A DNA stretch of 62,895 bases, filler included, from Choristocarpus tenellus KU-1152 (lineage: Eukaryota > Protista > Phaeophyceae): NCBI GenBank assembly GCA_964200185.2. It is 8 parts of 8 records of this genome, joined end to end, with 100 filler letters (N's around TTAATTAATTAA, not from the genome) between each part and the next. Parts side by side here need not be neighbours in the genome. Positions count along the whole stretch, not along the records: positions 1 to 23,105 come from CAXNAD020000264.1; 7 more parts are not named here. One strand, 5' to 3'. Positions within the stretch are counted from its first letter, which is position 1. Every line of letters starts with the position of its first letter. This document shows positions 11,724 through 23,205 of this stretch, in pieces. Position numbers and translations under genes: made by a program. The notes beneath the pieces are model-generated. The model searched no databases. It was not told the origin of the DNA and saw only the letters and a list, made by a program, of their open reading frames with translations.

Positions 11724-11997
11724 AAATATATATGTTTTCGTTTTGCGCGTTGTAGGATAACCACAAAACATGTAAGAGGGTAGGGGGTTGCCAAAGAAAA
11801 ATCAATCGCTTGACAAAAATGTGAGAGGCCATAATAATATAAATTCCTCTTCTTCCCATTGTATTTTTTTTTTCTTTGAAACAGTTCCCTTTTTTGTGGG
11901 CTTGTGGGCTGGACGACTCGGGATCTCACATCTTGCTGTGACCACGTGGATTGGGTCCTACAGATACAGGCACTACTTAACCAATTAGCTCTCAAAG

Positions 11998-13831
11998 ATG
12001 TCTACCGCCGAACTGCCTCGCCTCACCATTACAATGTTGAGCAAAATGACTACGTACGAGTTGCGGCAAGAAGTTGACCGCCGAGGCCTCTTGGAAGAAC
12101 TCGAAACCATTAACCACAACACCCTTCTCAAGCGGTTGGTGCAGGTACGGGGCCTCGAAATAGAGTCCACGACAAGATCAGCGTGATTCTCTGCCCTTTA
12201 CGGTGCTTCCTAGGCATCTACATCTACCTACTTTTGCAACCTCTATCTCCTCTATCACGAGAGTATCCGACTTTGTTTGAACAAGCAGCAGGTCTCGAGG
12301 GTCTGAATCCAAGCTGTCATTTAATATATTATGAAGGGGTGTGTTTGGTTGAATCAGCTCATCCTTACAAGCAGTTGCTAAAAGACATTAAGGTTGGATA
12401 GGGAGAATAGAAATAAACGGTGAGCATGAGGCGGAAACCTAACATCATCAAAACTGGGTGGTTGACTCTTCCCTATTCTGATCCATTTCTTGGCATCCTC
12501 CAGGTTGTCCTTTCAGAGGAAGACGAACGCTGTCATGAAGTTGTGAAGCAAAAAATTGATGGACCAGGGGTCTCTACTCCAAACGACAGTGTTCAAGAGA
12601 GGTACATTTCTGTTGCAGCGACTAAAATAAACTCGTAACCATATTTTAAGGTTCAACGTAGGTCCGAAAATCACTAAAAGGTAATGCATTAAAAGAAATT
12701 TTCGTAGACATTACCTGAAATTTGCCAAGGTTCTATTCTTGCCATTAACTACCCACAATACGCATAATATGTTAGGGTGCTAGTTTGACGCTAATATCAC
12801 ACAACCTCTCTCAGGTTATGCAGAGCGAGGGAGGCACGGAAAGCTGAAGCGTTAGAGAGGAGCAAAAGGCGCCAAGCCGAAGAGGGATACTTTACGCAAA
12901 AGCAACTGTCAAATAAATCCTGTAACAAGGTGCATGTTGGTGTGCTTGGACATTTCTACGAGCAAGCTGCATTTGTGTAAACTTTAAAGTACAACTTGAG
13001 ATCTACTTGAGCAACGTATATAAAATAATGTCTGCAACTGTGTCAGTGGAATTATGAACACTAGGTAAAGTTTATGTCGTCCATACTGCTGGTGTCCTGA
13101 TGTGTTGCATCAGCAGAAAATATGTGAGAGAGTTAACATGAGGTTAATTGTTCTGCTTGATTGGAGATACAACATTTGAGTGTAAATACGGGTATGACGC
13201 GTATGGTGGTGACAAAATTTTGTGTTCTGAGCAGTTCCTCTCAACCTATGGCAACATGATCTCTACTGCTCGACCACATTGCATTAGTAAGTATCTAGTA
13301 AATGGAAAAGCACTTCCACTTGCTGTATGTAAAAAATCTATCCTTAAAAAGGGCATACTCCAGATTGGCTTACTAGCTTACATCACCAACCTGTAGAAGC
13401 GATTCAGTTATCCACATCAAATCAAATGTCGATATACAAATTGTATTATTCAGGAACATATGCTCTTATTGTAACACATGCTACATGCAACATTATGTTA
13501 CAAAAATCTAAACTAAGTTACAACAGGCTTCAGTAGATCATTCAGGATACCTCAATCGTGTTGTGCATGATACTCTGGAGCAACACAAAGAAGTCTGGTG
13601 TAGATCGGACCATATTTGTTCATCTGCAGTGCAGAAGTGTAGTATCTACCTGTGCTATCGATGGAAATAGCAGTGGATAGTCAACACAATAAGTGACCAA
13701 TGCAATATGCACTCTATTTCAAACAGGACAACAGTCCAAGGATAGAGGATGCACCCAAGGTTGGCTCAGATGAGGAGGAGCCATTGGTCTCGAAGACGAA
13801 TCCCAACCATTTCAAGGTGTTTGTGAGGTGA
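11998..13831 (+). CDS. Uncharacterised ~154-aa protein with SAP-like N-terminal helix pair and charged coiled coil (exons 11998-12144, 12504-12601, 12815-12929, 13727-13831)
   Basis: Four exons join in frame with GT-AG sites: LSKMTTYELRQEVDRRGL...REARKAEALERSKRRQ...NPNHFKVFVR*. Confidence 0.7.
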
Positions 13832-14546
13832 AGGGATAGCTATATTAACAAGCAACAGTGTACACTCCTTAAACAAGGCATGTACTCGAGCAAGGCAACG
13901 GCATTGCAAGGTAGATGCAGCTCAATATACAAATATTTGTTAGAGCTCCTCAACGGAAGATCTCAGCACACACTAAGTTGGCATTGCCCTGTACTAATCA
14001 AGCACTCCTAGAGGGAGGACAAGTAGGATGTAAGCCACCTTACACTGGCTAGTTACAAAAGAGGAATTGCAAGGGCATATGGATGTTTTTTTCTACTCTC
14101 TGTGCTATATTATGTTGAGAAGAATGTAAGGCTATGGGTCTTGGTTGTCAACAATAAATCAAAGATTTGAACATATAAATGTAGTCTACAGCTATGGAGT
14201 ATACAAGGGTACACAACACCAACCTGCACCAACTGCTTTGGCTGCCTGACTACAAACGGCATAGGAGGAAGAGAAGTAGTATAAATAGTGTATTTTTCAA
14301 CTTGGTGAGATCGAAGTCAAGCACAATAACTATATTTTCTTGGTCACGCACCCTTCTCATGTGCATTTTGTGTGCGCCGCAGAGTCTTGGGCTCTGGGAA
14401 GTCGTATCTGGGAAGGCGCACAAAAATTCACATGCTTTAGAGACTCTTGTTCAAGGGGGATGGCTAGATTGCATCTGACTCATTGCTCAAATTCAATGCA
14501 TTGGCTCATGTATATATCCTCTATTGGAACAATTCTGGTGTCATCA

Positions 14547-16224
14547 TCACCTTGGGGAGTAGTCAAGTCTAGGGTAAGGCGATAAGTTTGAGCGTCTTGT
14601 TAGTACTTTCTCAAGCTCCATTCCTTGGTCCTTGAACTCTTTCACCCAGCGAAGGTGAATCACACTAGCTGGTGGCACCACGCCTGTCTCACGAAGACTT
14701 GTGCTATCCTTTGCCAGGATTTGAGTGGGGGGTGCCTTAAAAAGCTCGAACCCACTGCAGGTGTTGGAGGTCCCCCCACCCTCTGTGTCAAGCACAGCTC
14801 CTAGAGTCTCGTAAACAGTCTGAAATTCCAAATGAACACAGAAGATTGAGAGGTGGTGAAGCTGTGTCAGCAGATGGCGCCAGATACTGTTGAGAAGAAT
14901 TCTTCTTACATGCAAATGGGGGCAGGTATTCTTTTTTCTGTATGATGTACATGACTGAGTGAAGCATCAAAAGAGGCAATAGTGATGAGGGAGTCAGCAC
15001 ATGCAATCCTTATGCTCCTTGTTGGATTGATGCAACTGCATAGCTTGTAAAACTATCAGGATAAAAGTAGAAAGATTTCGCTTCCCTGCTGGAATCAAGT
15101 TTCACTGAATAAACGGTTAGGTGCCTGCAAGCAATCTCACTTTGTGCCACTATTGCTTTTATTGGTCCTTGGCACATAAAGAAAAAAACTTGCGGTAAAC
15201 CTTGAACGTTTGAGGCTCGAGTCACTATCACCTTGATGCTTTCGTCCAAGCTGAAGCGTGCTTGAATGTAGGCCCCATTTGGCAACCTAATTCGCACAAG
15301 CAGGAAGGGGTACAATTTTGTAGTGCGGAGTTGTTTGAGCTCTCGTGCAGCGGTTGTCTCAAACTTCTCTGGTTCCAAGATACTCCGCTGCCTGTTGCGC
15401 CACACACGCATAATTAGTTCAAGATCCGCCGTTCCCTCTTGCAGCTCTTCATTCTCACTTTCACTCCATCCCTGACCCTCTTGAAGAATGTCCTGAGTCA
15501 TCTGCGGGAGTAGTATTGTGACATTTCGTTCCCCAACTCCGGAAAAAGTCTGCTGGAGAGTTGCACGCAAACGCGTTAGCTCTGACAGGTGGGTCTCCAC
15601 TCGCTCCTGGAAATGGGTCCGGCTTTTGCGGGAGAATGAGGTGGTGAATGGGTCAAATCCTGATCGTGAGCCTGTTGGAAAGGAAAGGTCGATTGGTGTC
15701 AGTGTGTTTGGGAGGGAATACACTTCTGCCACATAATTTTAGTGTCTAATCACAAGCTCACCGCTAGTTGAGGGAGACACAGTCTCAATTGGTTCTTCGT
15801 CCTTGTCCGACGTGGGCATGTTACCCGATGAGGCCTCAGTCAGCTTTTCGCGTATCAATGCCCCCACCTCGTCAAGATCAACACTCGCCTCCCCCGGCTG
15901 CATTACAAAGATCGGTCCCTGTCCTTCGTCTACAAGCTCAAATCCAAGCGCAGTCATGAAAGCAATCCCTCCATTGGCACTCCCTATCTTCTCCCAAAAG
16001 CCTTTATTGAGGAGGCGTATTCGCCTGTAGCGGTCTTCACCAGGGTGAGTTTTCAAATTGTCAACGACGACTGCCAAAGCCTGAACAGACTTTGTTCGGG
16101 ACACAACATCACCCCCATGGTGCTGAATCACTAGATCGAGCGCAGTTGCGAATGGTTGCTTCGCAACAGCTACAGCACAGTAGAACAACGCAATAATAAG
16201 CACATGCACCACGGAGGTTGCCAT
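14547..16224 (-). CDS. PUB + UBX domain protein (UBXN6/UBXD1-like architecture) with N-terminal signal peptide (exons 16224-15762, 15671-15232, 14819-14547)
   Basis: PUB core VVDNLKTHPGEDRYRRIRLLNKGFWEKIG...FMTALGF. UBX core VRIRLPNGAYIQARFSLDESIK...FELFKAPP...SLRETGVVPPASVI. Hydrophobic N-terminus MATSVVHVLIIALFYCAVAVA. GT-AG introns keep frame. Confidence 0.85.
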
Positions 16225-16616
16225 TACCTTACAACAAATCAGGATGGAAATGAGATTAACAGGAAACACAGAAACCGTTAACACAACTGCATTGCAGTAG
16301 TACGGAAAATAGGTGAGGAACCGATCTTCAATAATCGCAAGAACGATCTCTCATCTCAGTACTAAGTTTGGTGCGGTAGTGGTGTAGCCTAAACTTCCTC
16401 AACAAACTCTCCAACAACAAGGCTCTGGGTCGCTCTGGAGCCCAAACGTGGTTTTTGGTGTTCGTTCTACATCAAGCATGATCTAGGTTCTAGAGGACAT
16501 TCTCTATTCTAATACATAACAGCTTATTGTGAGATTAATCTTCCCGACTAAGGTATACCTTTAATGTGACCTATCTGGAAGAATCTGTTCGTATTACATC
16601 ATCTGTTCTGTATGGT

Positions 16617-16825
16617 GAAGTTAATATCTTCTCGAAGGAAATAAGGGGTGATTTGAGGGGACCTTGGAACCCCCCCTCATTAACTTTCCACTTGTTCACT
16701 CTTTCCTGAGTGATCTCCTGAGGGACTTCTCTCCCTCTTGCTTGTCTCTCTCTATTTCCTTGCCTCCTGTGGGTCTTTCTACTCCCGTTCAGTCTGAAGA
16801 ACCTGTCGACCTGTTTCCATCTTTT
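16617..16825. repeat. Dispersed repeat, copy 2 (homologous to 9895-10110)
   Basis: Same shared blocks as copy 1, same orientation. Confidence 0.75.
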
Positions 16826-16999
16826 TCACATTTTGTTATGATTATGAATCAAATGATGATAACTTACCATGGCTAAGCTCTAACTCAGTGGTGCAGCATG
16901 ACAGGATTAAGGATTAAGGTAACCACTATCAATAGTTCGAAGGGACTACTAGGCCAAGACACACAAAACATGATTAGTGTTCCCATGGCAATATAAAAA

Positions 17000-18250
17000 C
17001 GTGAGTTTTGTAGACAGCAGGAGGTGGTCGTGGGTGGAGACTTGTGAGATAACTATCTCACCAGAAGCAAAGCACTCACGGAGATTCGCAGGGAGAGTGA
17101 GGAAGAAGGTAGAGAAACTCCGAGAAAGGAGAAAACACCCCCATGTTGTGTTACACCAAAGACGCAGCATGATGAGGTAGTTGTAGCTACACATTGGCAA
17201 AATGGGAACAAAGAGCTCATCATTGCAGCGAATGACCCAAACAGGGTGGGGCATAGAGACACACTGCTGAAACAGGTCCAATCTATTGGATACATTGTCA
17301 TTCGACTCCAGGAGAAAAGGAAACGGATCGCCTTTCTTTTGGTATGGAGATGTAATCTTTTTTTAAAGGGAATGGCATTAGGCTGGTGATGAAGGGTTCG
17401 TGTATTGGCAGGACAAGGAGATGGGAGTATACTGGTAACTGGTTGATGAACGCTCTGTCACTGCTGACAAACCCTTCAAGTGTGGCCACTTTCGTTGTTG
17501 GCTGTGGCCCAGGAGATGTTACAGGCGATATGTCTTGATGGCGGTTTCATAAACACCACTATGACATTTAAGTTCTAGATTTGATCCAGCATACCTGACG
17601 ACTTGTGCATCAGGAGTCCTACACGTACATCAGTATCATCTATAGGTCCGTAGATTGGAGCTATACATCCTGTGGAGGTAAGCTTTCTGGGGCGTCTGTA
17701 ACAGAGAAACCCCAGAGTGATCCTAAAAAATAACAGAGGGACATGTTCTGGTTGACCTTAGACGATGTGATGAGGTAGGTGCCCCAGGATTGAAGTTGTC
17801 ATCCTAATGGATGCGAACGTCTGTATTATTGGCGGATACGGACAGCTTGGGGTCCATGCCTGTGATAAACTGAACGGTTGTTCATCTCCATAAAACATGG
17901 AAAATAAGCAGCAAATGCTCAAGGTGGTGATAGCAATCCGTAGTAAACTGTACAGTGGGATCAACCCTACATCCATCTGACATATAGTCTACTGTGTGTC
18001 CTCAGGAAATACATTTTTGTGTTGTGAATGATAAGAAAGCAATGCACGAGTCTGATTAGGAGTCCACAAACACCGTACGGCTCGATCCATCTAGTTAATC
18101 CTCAACACAATGGGCAAACAAGAACCTGGACAGCTCCTACCTCTGGAAAGACACGACAGGCAGCAATCGGGATTAAGTTAGGGTAGAGGTACTTGGGTCG
18201 TATATTATAGTATCTATCATGGTGATTCATTTTTGGGACTGCTGTGTTTG
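17000..18250 (+). mobile_element. Possible decayed LINE (APE endonuclease region)
   Basis: Near 17800 the + frame reads ILMDANVCIIGGYGQLGVHACDKLNG, resembling the LINE endonuclease motif xxDxNA..G...G.....N.NG. Surrounding frames are broken. Confidence 0.35.
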
Positions 18251-18884
18251 AACTTAGACTATGTGCAGCGTTTTGTACAGGCCTTGAAGACGAGGATACG
18301 TATTAAATACGAAAAAAAATGTCTTTGCCCTTCGTGACCTCTACAGTCTGTTAACCAAGGAAGGTATCACCCGCAAGAAATATATCCATCATGATCTTAC
18401 TAGATATTTTAGTCCTTGTCAGGCAATTTGTACTACTAATGCAAATAATCAATACCTTGTACTTATTTTGTACCATATCACCACAAAAACCTATCAATAA
18501 TACTACTATATCTAATTAGAAAAATTGATGCAGATATAACCCAGGATCTCTTGGATTCAGAGTCACTCGTTGAAGGTAGAGTGACCTTTCCTACAAATAG
18601 AACTTTCTGGTCATTCTGTTCTGCGAGAGGGAACCAATCAACATTTTTCTTACGGATAGTGTAATTTGTTACAGATAAAACCTTGTTGAAATCAAATCTA
18701 GTCTAGTGTTGTGTTGTGCCCATGTCCACGTTCTATTGACATTTCAAGATTGGTAAAAGAGCACTATTATGTTGTTGTAGTTTACCTGCTCCATCCTTTT
18801 ATTGTGGTGATTGGTGTTTCAGAATGTATGTGACGAAAATTCTTCTAGATGCCAAACAGCGAACAAAATAATGTTTGTTTTGCT

Positions 18885-19255
18885 CACGAATTCTGGATTA
18901 TTAATTTTTTTATTCCTCGTTTCCAATTCACCCATTCCCCTTTCCTTCCCCATTGTACCCCCACTTATGACCAACCCAGTGCCACCTCTTCGCCACTGAT
19001 TTCCTGTCCTCCCCCCCCTTTGCGATGGCCAACCAATGCGGACCCCTTTTACCACTGATCTCCAGCCATCATCGCCCACCTCTGATGACCCCGCAGGGTG
19101 AACCCCCTTCGCCACTGGTTTCCTAGTTACCCCCCACCTCTAATGACCAACCAGTGCGAACCCCCTTCGTCACTGACTTCCAGTCACCATCCCAATCTGA
19201 TGACCAAACAATGCGACCCCTTCGCTACTGATTTCCAGTCACCCCCCCCACCCTT
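18885..19255. repeat. Repeat element containing five ~58-bp degenerate tandem units; second copy at 62730-62895
   Basis: Units begin near 18967, 19025, 19085, 19143 and 19200, with consensus ATGACCAACCAGTGCGAACCCC-TTCGCCACTGATTTCCAGTCAC(C)n. The leader CACGAATTCTGGATT is shared with 62730. Confidence 0.85.
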
Positions 19256-19975
19256 CAACCCCCATGCAGTTACCACTCCCCTCAACCCCACAGCAGTTAC
19301 TGTTACAGTGCACCCCAGAACTCACCTCAACAGGATGCGTAACTCAAATCCAACGACCTTAATACGACGCTACGTGGGGGTCCACAGATGATGACCACGT
19401 ATGGTTTCAGTTGATGCTTAGCTCAGTCAATGTCTCACTTTTCGCTTTATCAAAACAGGGTGAGAACCAAAAGGACTGAGTCGTGTGGTCAACAACACAG
19501 CCTTTTATCAACACCATTCACCGTTTTTCTACAGCCAAAGAGTTAAATGAAGTCTGCAAACTGCTGTGTAAATACTCCAATCATAAATCTTTATTCTATA
19601 ACTTTCAGGAATTGACATCTATTCTATAAGATTATGAATACATTTCGAATCTTACTCTGCATCTTCTATCAATTCAAAGTTCCTCTTATATGAGTTCTTA
19701 CGTATGTATACTGTTCGCGTATTTTGACACGCAGAAAGAAATACTCGCGCTATTCGCCTGTAACATTACAACTCCACTCACCCCCACACCAGTTACCACT
19801 TCAGTTACCCCACACAACTCAACACCACTCCACAATCTTCCAACAGCCTTTCATCATCCACTTCATACCGTGCCTTTGAGGTAGAAAACATCTACCCTGC
19901 CCGAACTTGACCCCCCCTCCTCTTTGGGGTTGATTTCCTTCTAGTTCATCTCTTTACCTCCTGCCCTGATTGGAC

Positions 19976-21813
19976 CTAATCCTTCCTACTCTCTGCCAGA
20001 TCCTTTGAAACCCACACTTGGTCCCTCTGGTTAGCCCTGACGTATACCATAAATGCACTCGACTTATATTTCCCCTCCCTCCGTATTGCTAGGTCTGATA
20101 CCCCCATGGTTGCCAATCTCGTGGCTCCCCCTAACCTACCCGAATGCAGGGCACACTCCTCTGGTCTCATCTTGAGTTCGTTTACTATTCTCCTCAGGAC
20201 ATACGTTGCTTGACCCCTTACAATCACCCTCCACCCCTCTCCTTGCCTACATGTCATCAGTGGGGCATCAGGGGGGAGCTCTGGGAAACATTCCATGATA
20301 ACTGTTACCACCTCAAAGCCTCCCATACTTTCTTCCCCCCCCTTCTCTCCATTTTAAACCTTGTCAACACTGCTCCCTTCCTACCCTTATCTCCTTTCGA
20401 CCCTGTAAACATTACCTTTGCTTTTTCTGCTTGGTGTCTATCCTCCCACCTCAATCTTTCCACTCCCCTCCTCCACACTACATCCCTCCTTACTGCCGAT
20501 TCTCTGTGTACCCCCCCCCCCCCTCGTAAGCCCACAACTCTAATGTTCTTGCTAGCAAGAAAAACATTTCTATCATTCAATGCAATGTTTTGTCTCTACA
20601 ATTATTCTCTATGTCAGGGGTCTCCTCCTCTTAGGCTCCTCCCTATCCCTTTGAGCACTGAGTGAACCATGAAATGTTGTGTGGGAAGTTGGAAGTTAAG
20701 AAATTGTTTTTGGTAATACTGGATTGCTGAGATCCTACCCTTAACTGTGCTTACTTGGTTTCCCCCACTCCCGCAACAAAAACACGTGAACTCCGCTAGG
20801 GCCTTTACTACGTCTATTTCTCTAATTCCGGGGTCTAACCACCTACTCAGTCCTCTTTATGTACGGAACTCAGACCATTGGTCCCAAGCTGTCTCATAAC
20901 ACTTCGGAATAGATGGCGCAACCGATCCTCTGGCGTACATGATTGCAAACACATTATCTCCCCTTCCCGACCCAGGGGCTGTTCCTGCCAATCAACACGC
21001 GGACAAGCACGTCGGGGGTTAGATTGAATCTCGTCCCTCTCCCATCTCGATATACCATCTGCCAAATTATTCCTCTTTCCCGCAACATGTTCCGCTGCAA
21101 ATGACCATTCCCCTGCTATCTCTAACGCCCCCATTATCCTCATCAATCCCCCCGCCTTCCTATCTTTGCCCCCTGCCTCACTTACGGAACCAGTGCACTG
21201 CAGGGTTGTTGTCCCCTCTTAGCAACACTGGGTTTCCCTTCTTCCTTGCCTTTCCCCTCACCTTCGCGACCAATAACCACACATTCATTACCATCCCTAG
21301 TAATTCCAAAACATTGATCGATATGCTCCCCCCCTATCCTATTATCACACTACGTGTAATGTCCTTCTTCAGGCGCTCCGGGAAATCATACCTCCACCAC
21401 TTCCTCGTTTCCACATTGTACTCTCCTACTGCTGAAAAACACGCATATGAATACCACGTCTTCCCTGGGATGCTCAACACAAAACCCAAGAAGGGAGAAC
21501 TCAGGTTTTCTCTTTTTTCTGCCAAGTCACGTTCTACCACCTACCTCCACCAATACAAGCCCTCCTTAAATTCTGTACCTATACTAATCTCTCTGTTTCC
21601 TTCTTTCAACCCTTCCCTCTGTTCCCTCTGATCTCCCCACTAGCTACTCTTCTCAACCAGCCCCCTTTCTGGTGTAGCCCCGACTGGTGCACCAGCCGCC
21701 AAAGACAAAATCTCCCTGGGCGTATAACGTATCCCATGTGGAACAGTTTCCCCAACAACACCCATACCTCCCTCACTCTGGCTACCGAACTCGACTCTGG
21801 CCACTCTGCAAGC
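19976..21813 (-). mobile_element. Tyrosine-recombinase retrotransposon (DIRS/Ngaro-like), decayed: RT end, RNase H, YR
   Basis: YR motifs LHSGRLGGATRL and RREGKYKSSAFMVYVR (19976-20326). RNase H motifs INVLELLGM, RGDN, EHVAGKRNNLADGISRW (20847-21540). RT C-terminus LLGKLFHMGYVIRPGRFCL (21606-21813). Frameshifted. Confidence 0.85.
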
Positions 21814-23105
21814 AATAGCTTATATGTTAAAAGGAGTGAAGATGGAAGGGTCGCTGTTCTTTTTCACCACGTGGATGACATCACACTCACTGGAAAATAC
21901 CACGAAGAAATAGAACGGATGAAGAACAATCTACTTACCAGGTACGAAGGACGGGACCTCGGGACCCCAGACAAGTTAGTTGGGGTAGCAATCACCAGGG
22001 ATGAGGCTGGCATCACACTAGACCAACATTTCTATGCAGAGAGCATTGTTCGAGAAGGAATGGGATCTACAGAAGTACGGAATACCTCATCACCTCTAAA
22101 CCCAGGAATGGACCTGACAGCAAGAAGAACTGACGAGGAGGAGCTGGACCAGAGGCACAAACCCTACCGCACCATCCTGGGGAAACTTATGTTCCTAGCC
22201 GGGATGACACGACCAGACATATCCAACAGTGTGCGGGAGCTGGGAAGATATGCAGCATCTCCATGTGATCGACACTGCAAAAGGGCTGCAACATGTTCTA
22301 CGATACCTATCGGGCACCACGAAGGTAGGGATACACTATCCTGCTGGTGGTGAAATGGACAATGGGGGCCTGGTCGGGTATGGAGACTCAGACTGGGGCA
22401 ATGACACTGCATCAAGGCGGAGCGTGACAGGGTATCTAATACTCATCAATGGAGCACCTGTTGCATGGAAATCCAAGATGCAGGGAGCTGTAACCACATC
22501 TTCATCAGAGGCGGAATGGACAGCGATGGTGCATGGAATGAGGCATGCAATATTTATTAGAGGCATCCTGGGGGAGCTGGGCATACTCAAAGGGGTCACG
22601 GTTTGGTATGGAGATAACCGAGGTGCGATCCAAGCAGCAGTGACTGAAGGCTTCAACGGAAGAACAAGGCATGTTGACATCAAGCTGAAATGCACCAGGG
22701 AATATGTCAATAAAGGATTTTTTAAAATGAAATATATACCTACGGCACTCTAACTTGCAGACATCTTGGCCAAAAGATTACGCAAGAAGCAGGCAGAAGT
22801 CTTTGTAGACACTGTGTTGACTAGATGAATGTCGTGTGTTAAAATTGAAGTAATCTGCATTCTTTTATTGCGTGGACAAGATAAATGTGACATGTGTGAG
22901 AATTGATCCAATCTGATGTCTTTCACTTCCATTTTTCATGGGCAAGTGTGCAGAATGGGGAGTGTGCAGAATAAGATGTTCTAGGTTTGAGAGTTCCAGC
23001 AACTCTTCATTGCCTGCACTCTCGTGGGGGAGTGTGCAAAATAGGACAATAGTGAGGTGTACCTTATTTTGTGTATATGAGATTGTTGTGTTGAATTGAG
23101 TCCAT
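21814..23105 (+). mobile_element. Ty1/copia LTR retrotransposon 3' half (RT-RNase H, PPT, start of 3' LTR), pseudogenised
   Basis: HVDDI (YVDD variant), YRTILGKLMFLAGMTRPDIS, GYGDSDWGND..SRRSVTGY, WKSKMQ..V..SSSEAE, RTRHVDIK, LADILAK. Frameshift near 22280 and stop at 22751. Purine tract GTGGGGGAG followed by TG near 23025-23035. Confidence 0.92.
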
Positions 23106-23205
23106 NNNNNNNNNNNNNNNNNNNNNNNNNNNNNNNNNNNNNNNNNNNNTTAATTAATTAANNNNNNNNNNNNNNNNNNNNNNNNNNNNNNNNNNNNNNN
23201 NNNNN
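23106..23205. other. Artificial contig-joining spacer
   Basis: N44-TTAATTAATTAA-N44. Identical spacers at 25857-25956, 33762-33861, 42156-42255, 48694-48793, 52999-53098 and 59641-59740. Confidence 0.95.

Noticed and set aside
18967-19255. CRISPR-like array (regular ~58-bp period with partial palindrome)
   Set aside because: Repeats are degenerate, the intervening parts are related C-rich sequence rather than unique spacers, no cas genes are present, and the context is eukaryotic.
20144-21631. Long plus-strand Pro/Leu/Ser-rich ORFs (173 and 176 aa)
   Set aside because: Antisense shadows of the purine-rich YR retroelement.
23150-23161. TTAATTAATTAA as a biological palindrome, piggyBac site or regulatory motif
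   Set aside because: Always centred in identical N padding, so it is a synthetic linker.
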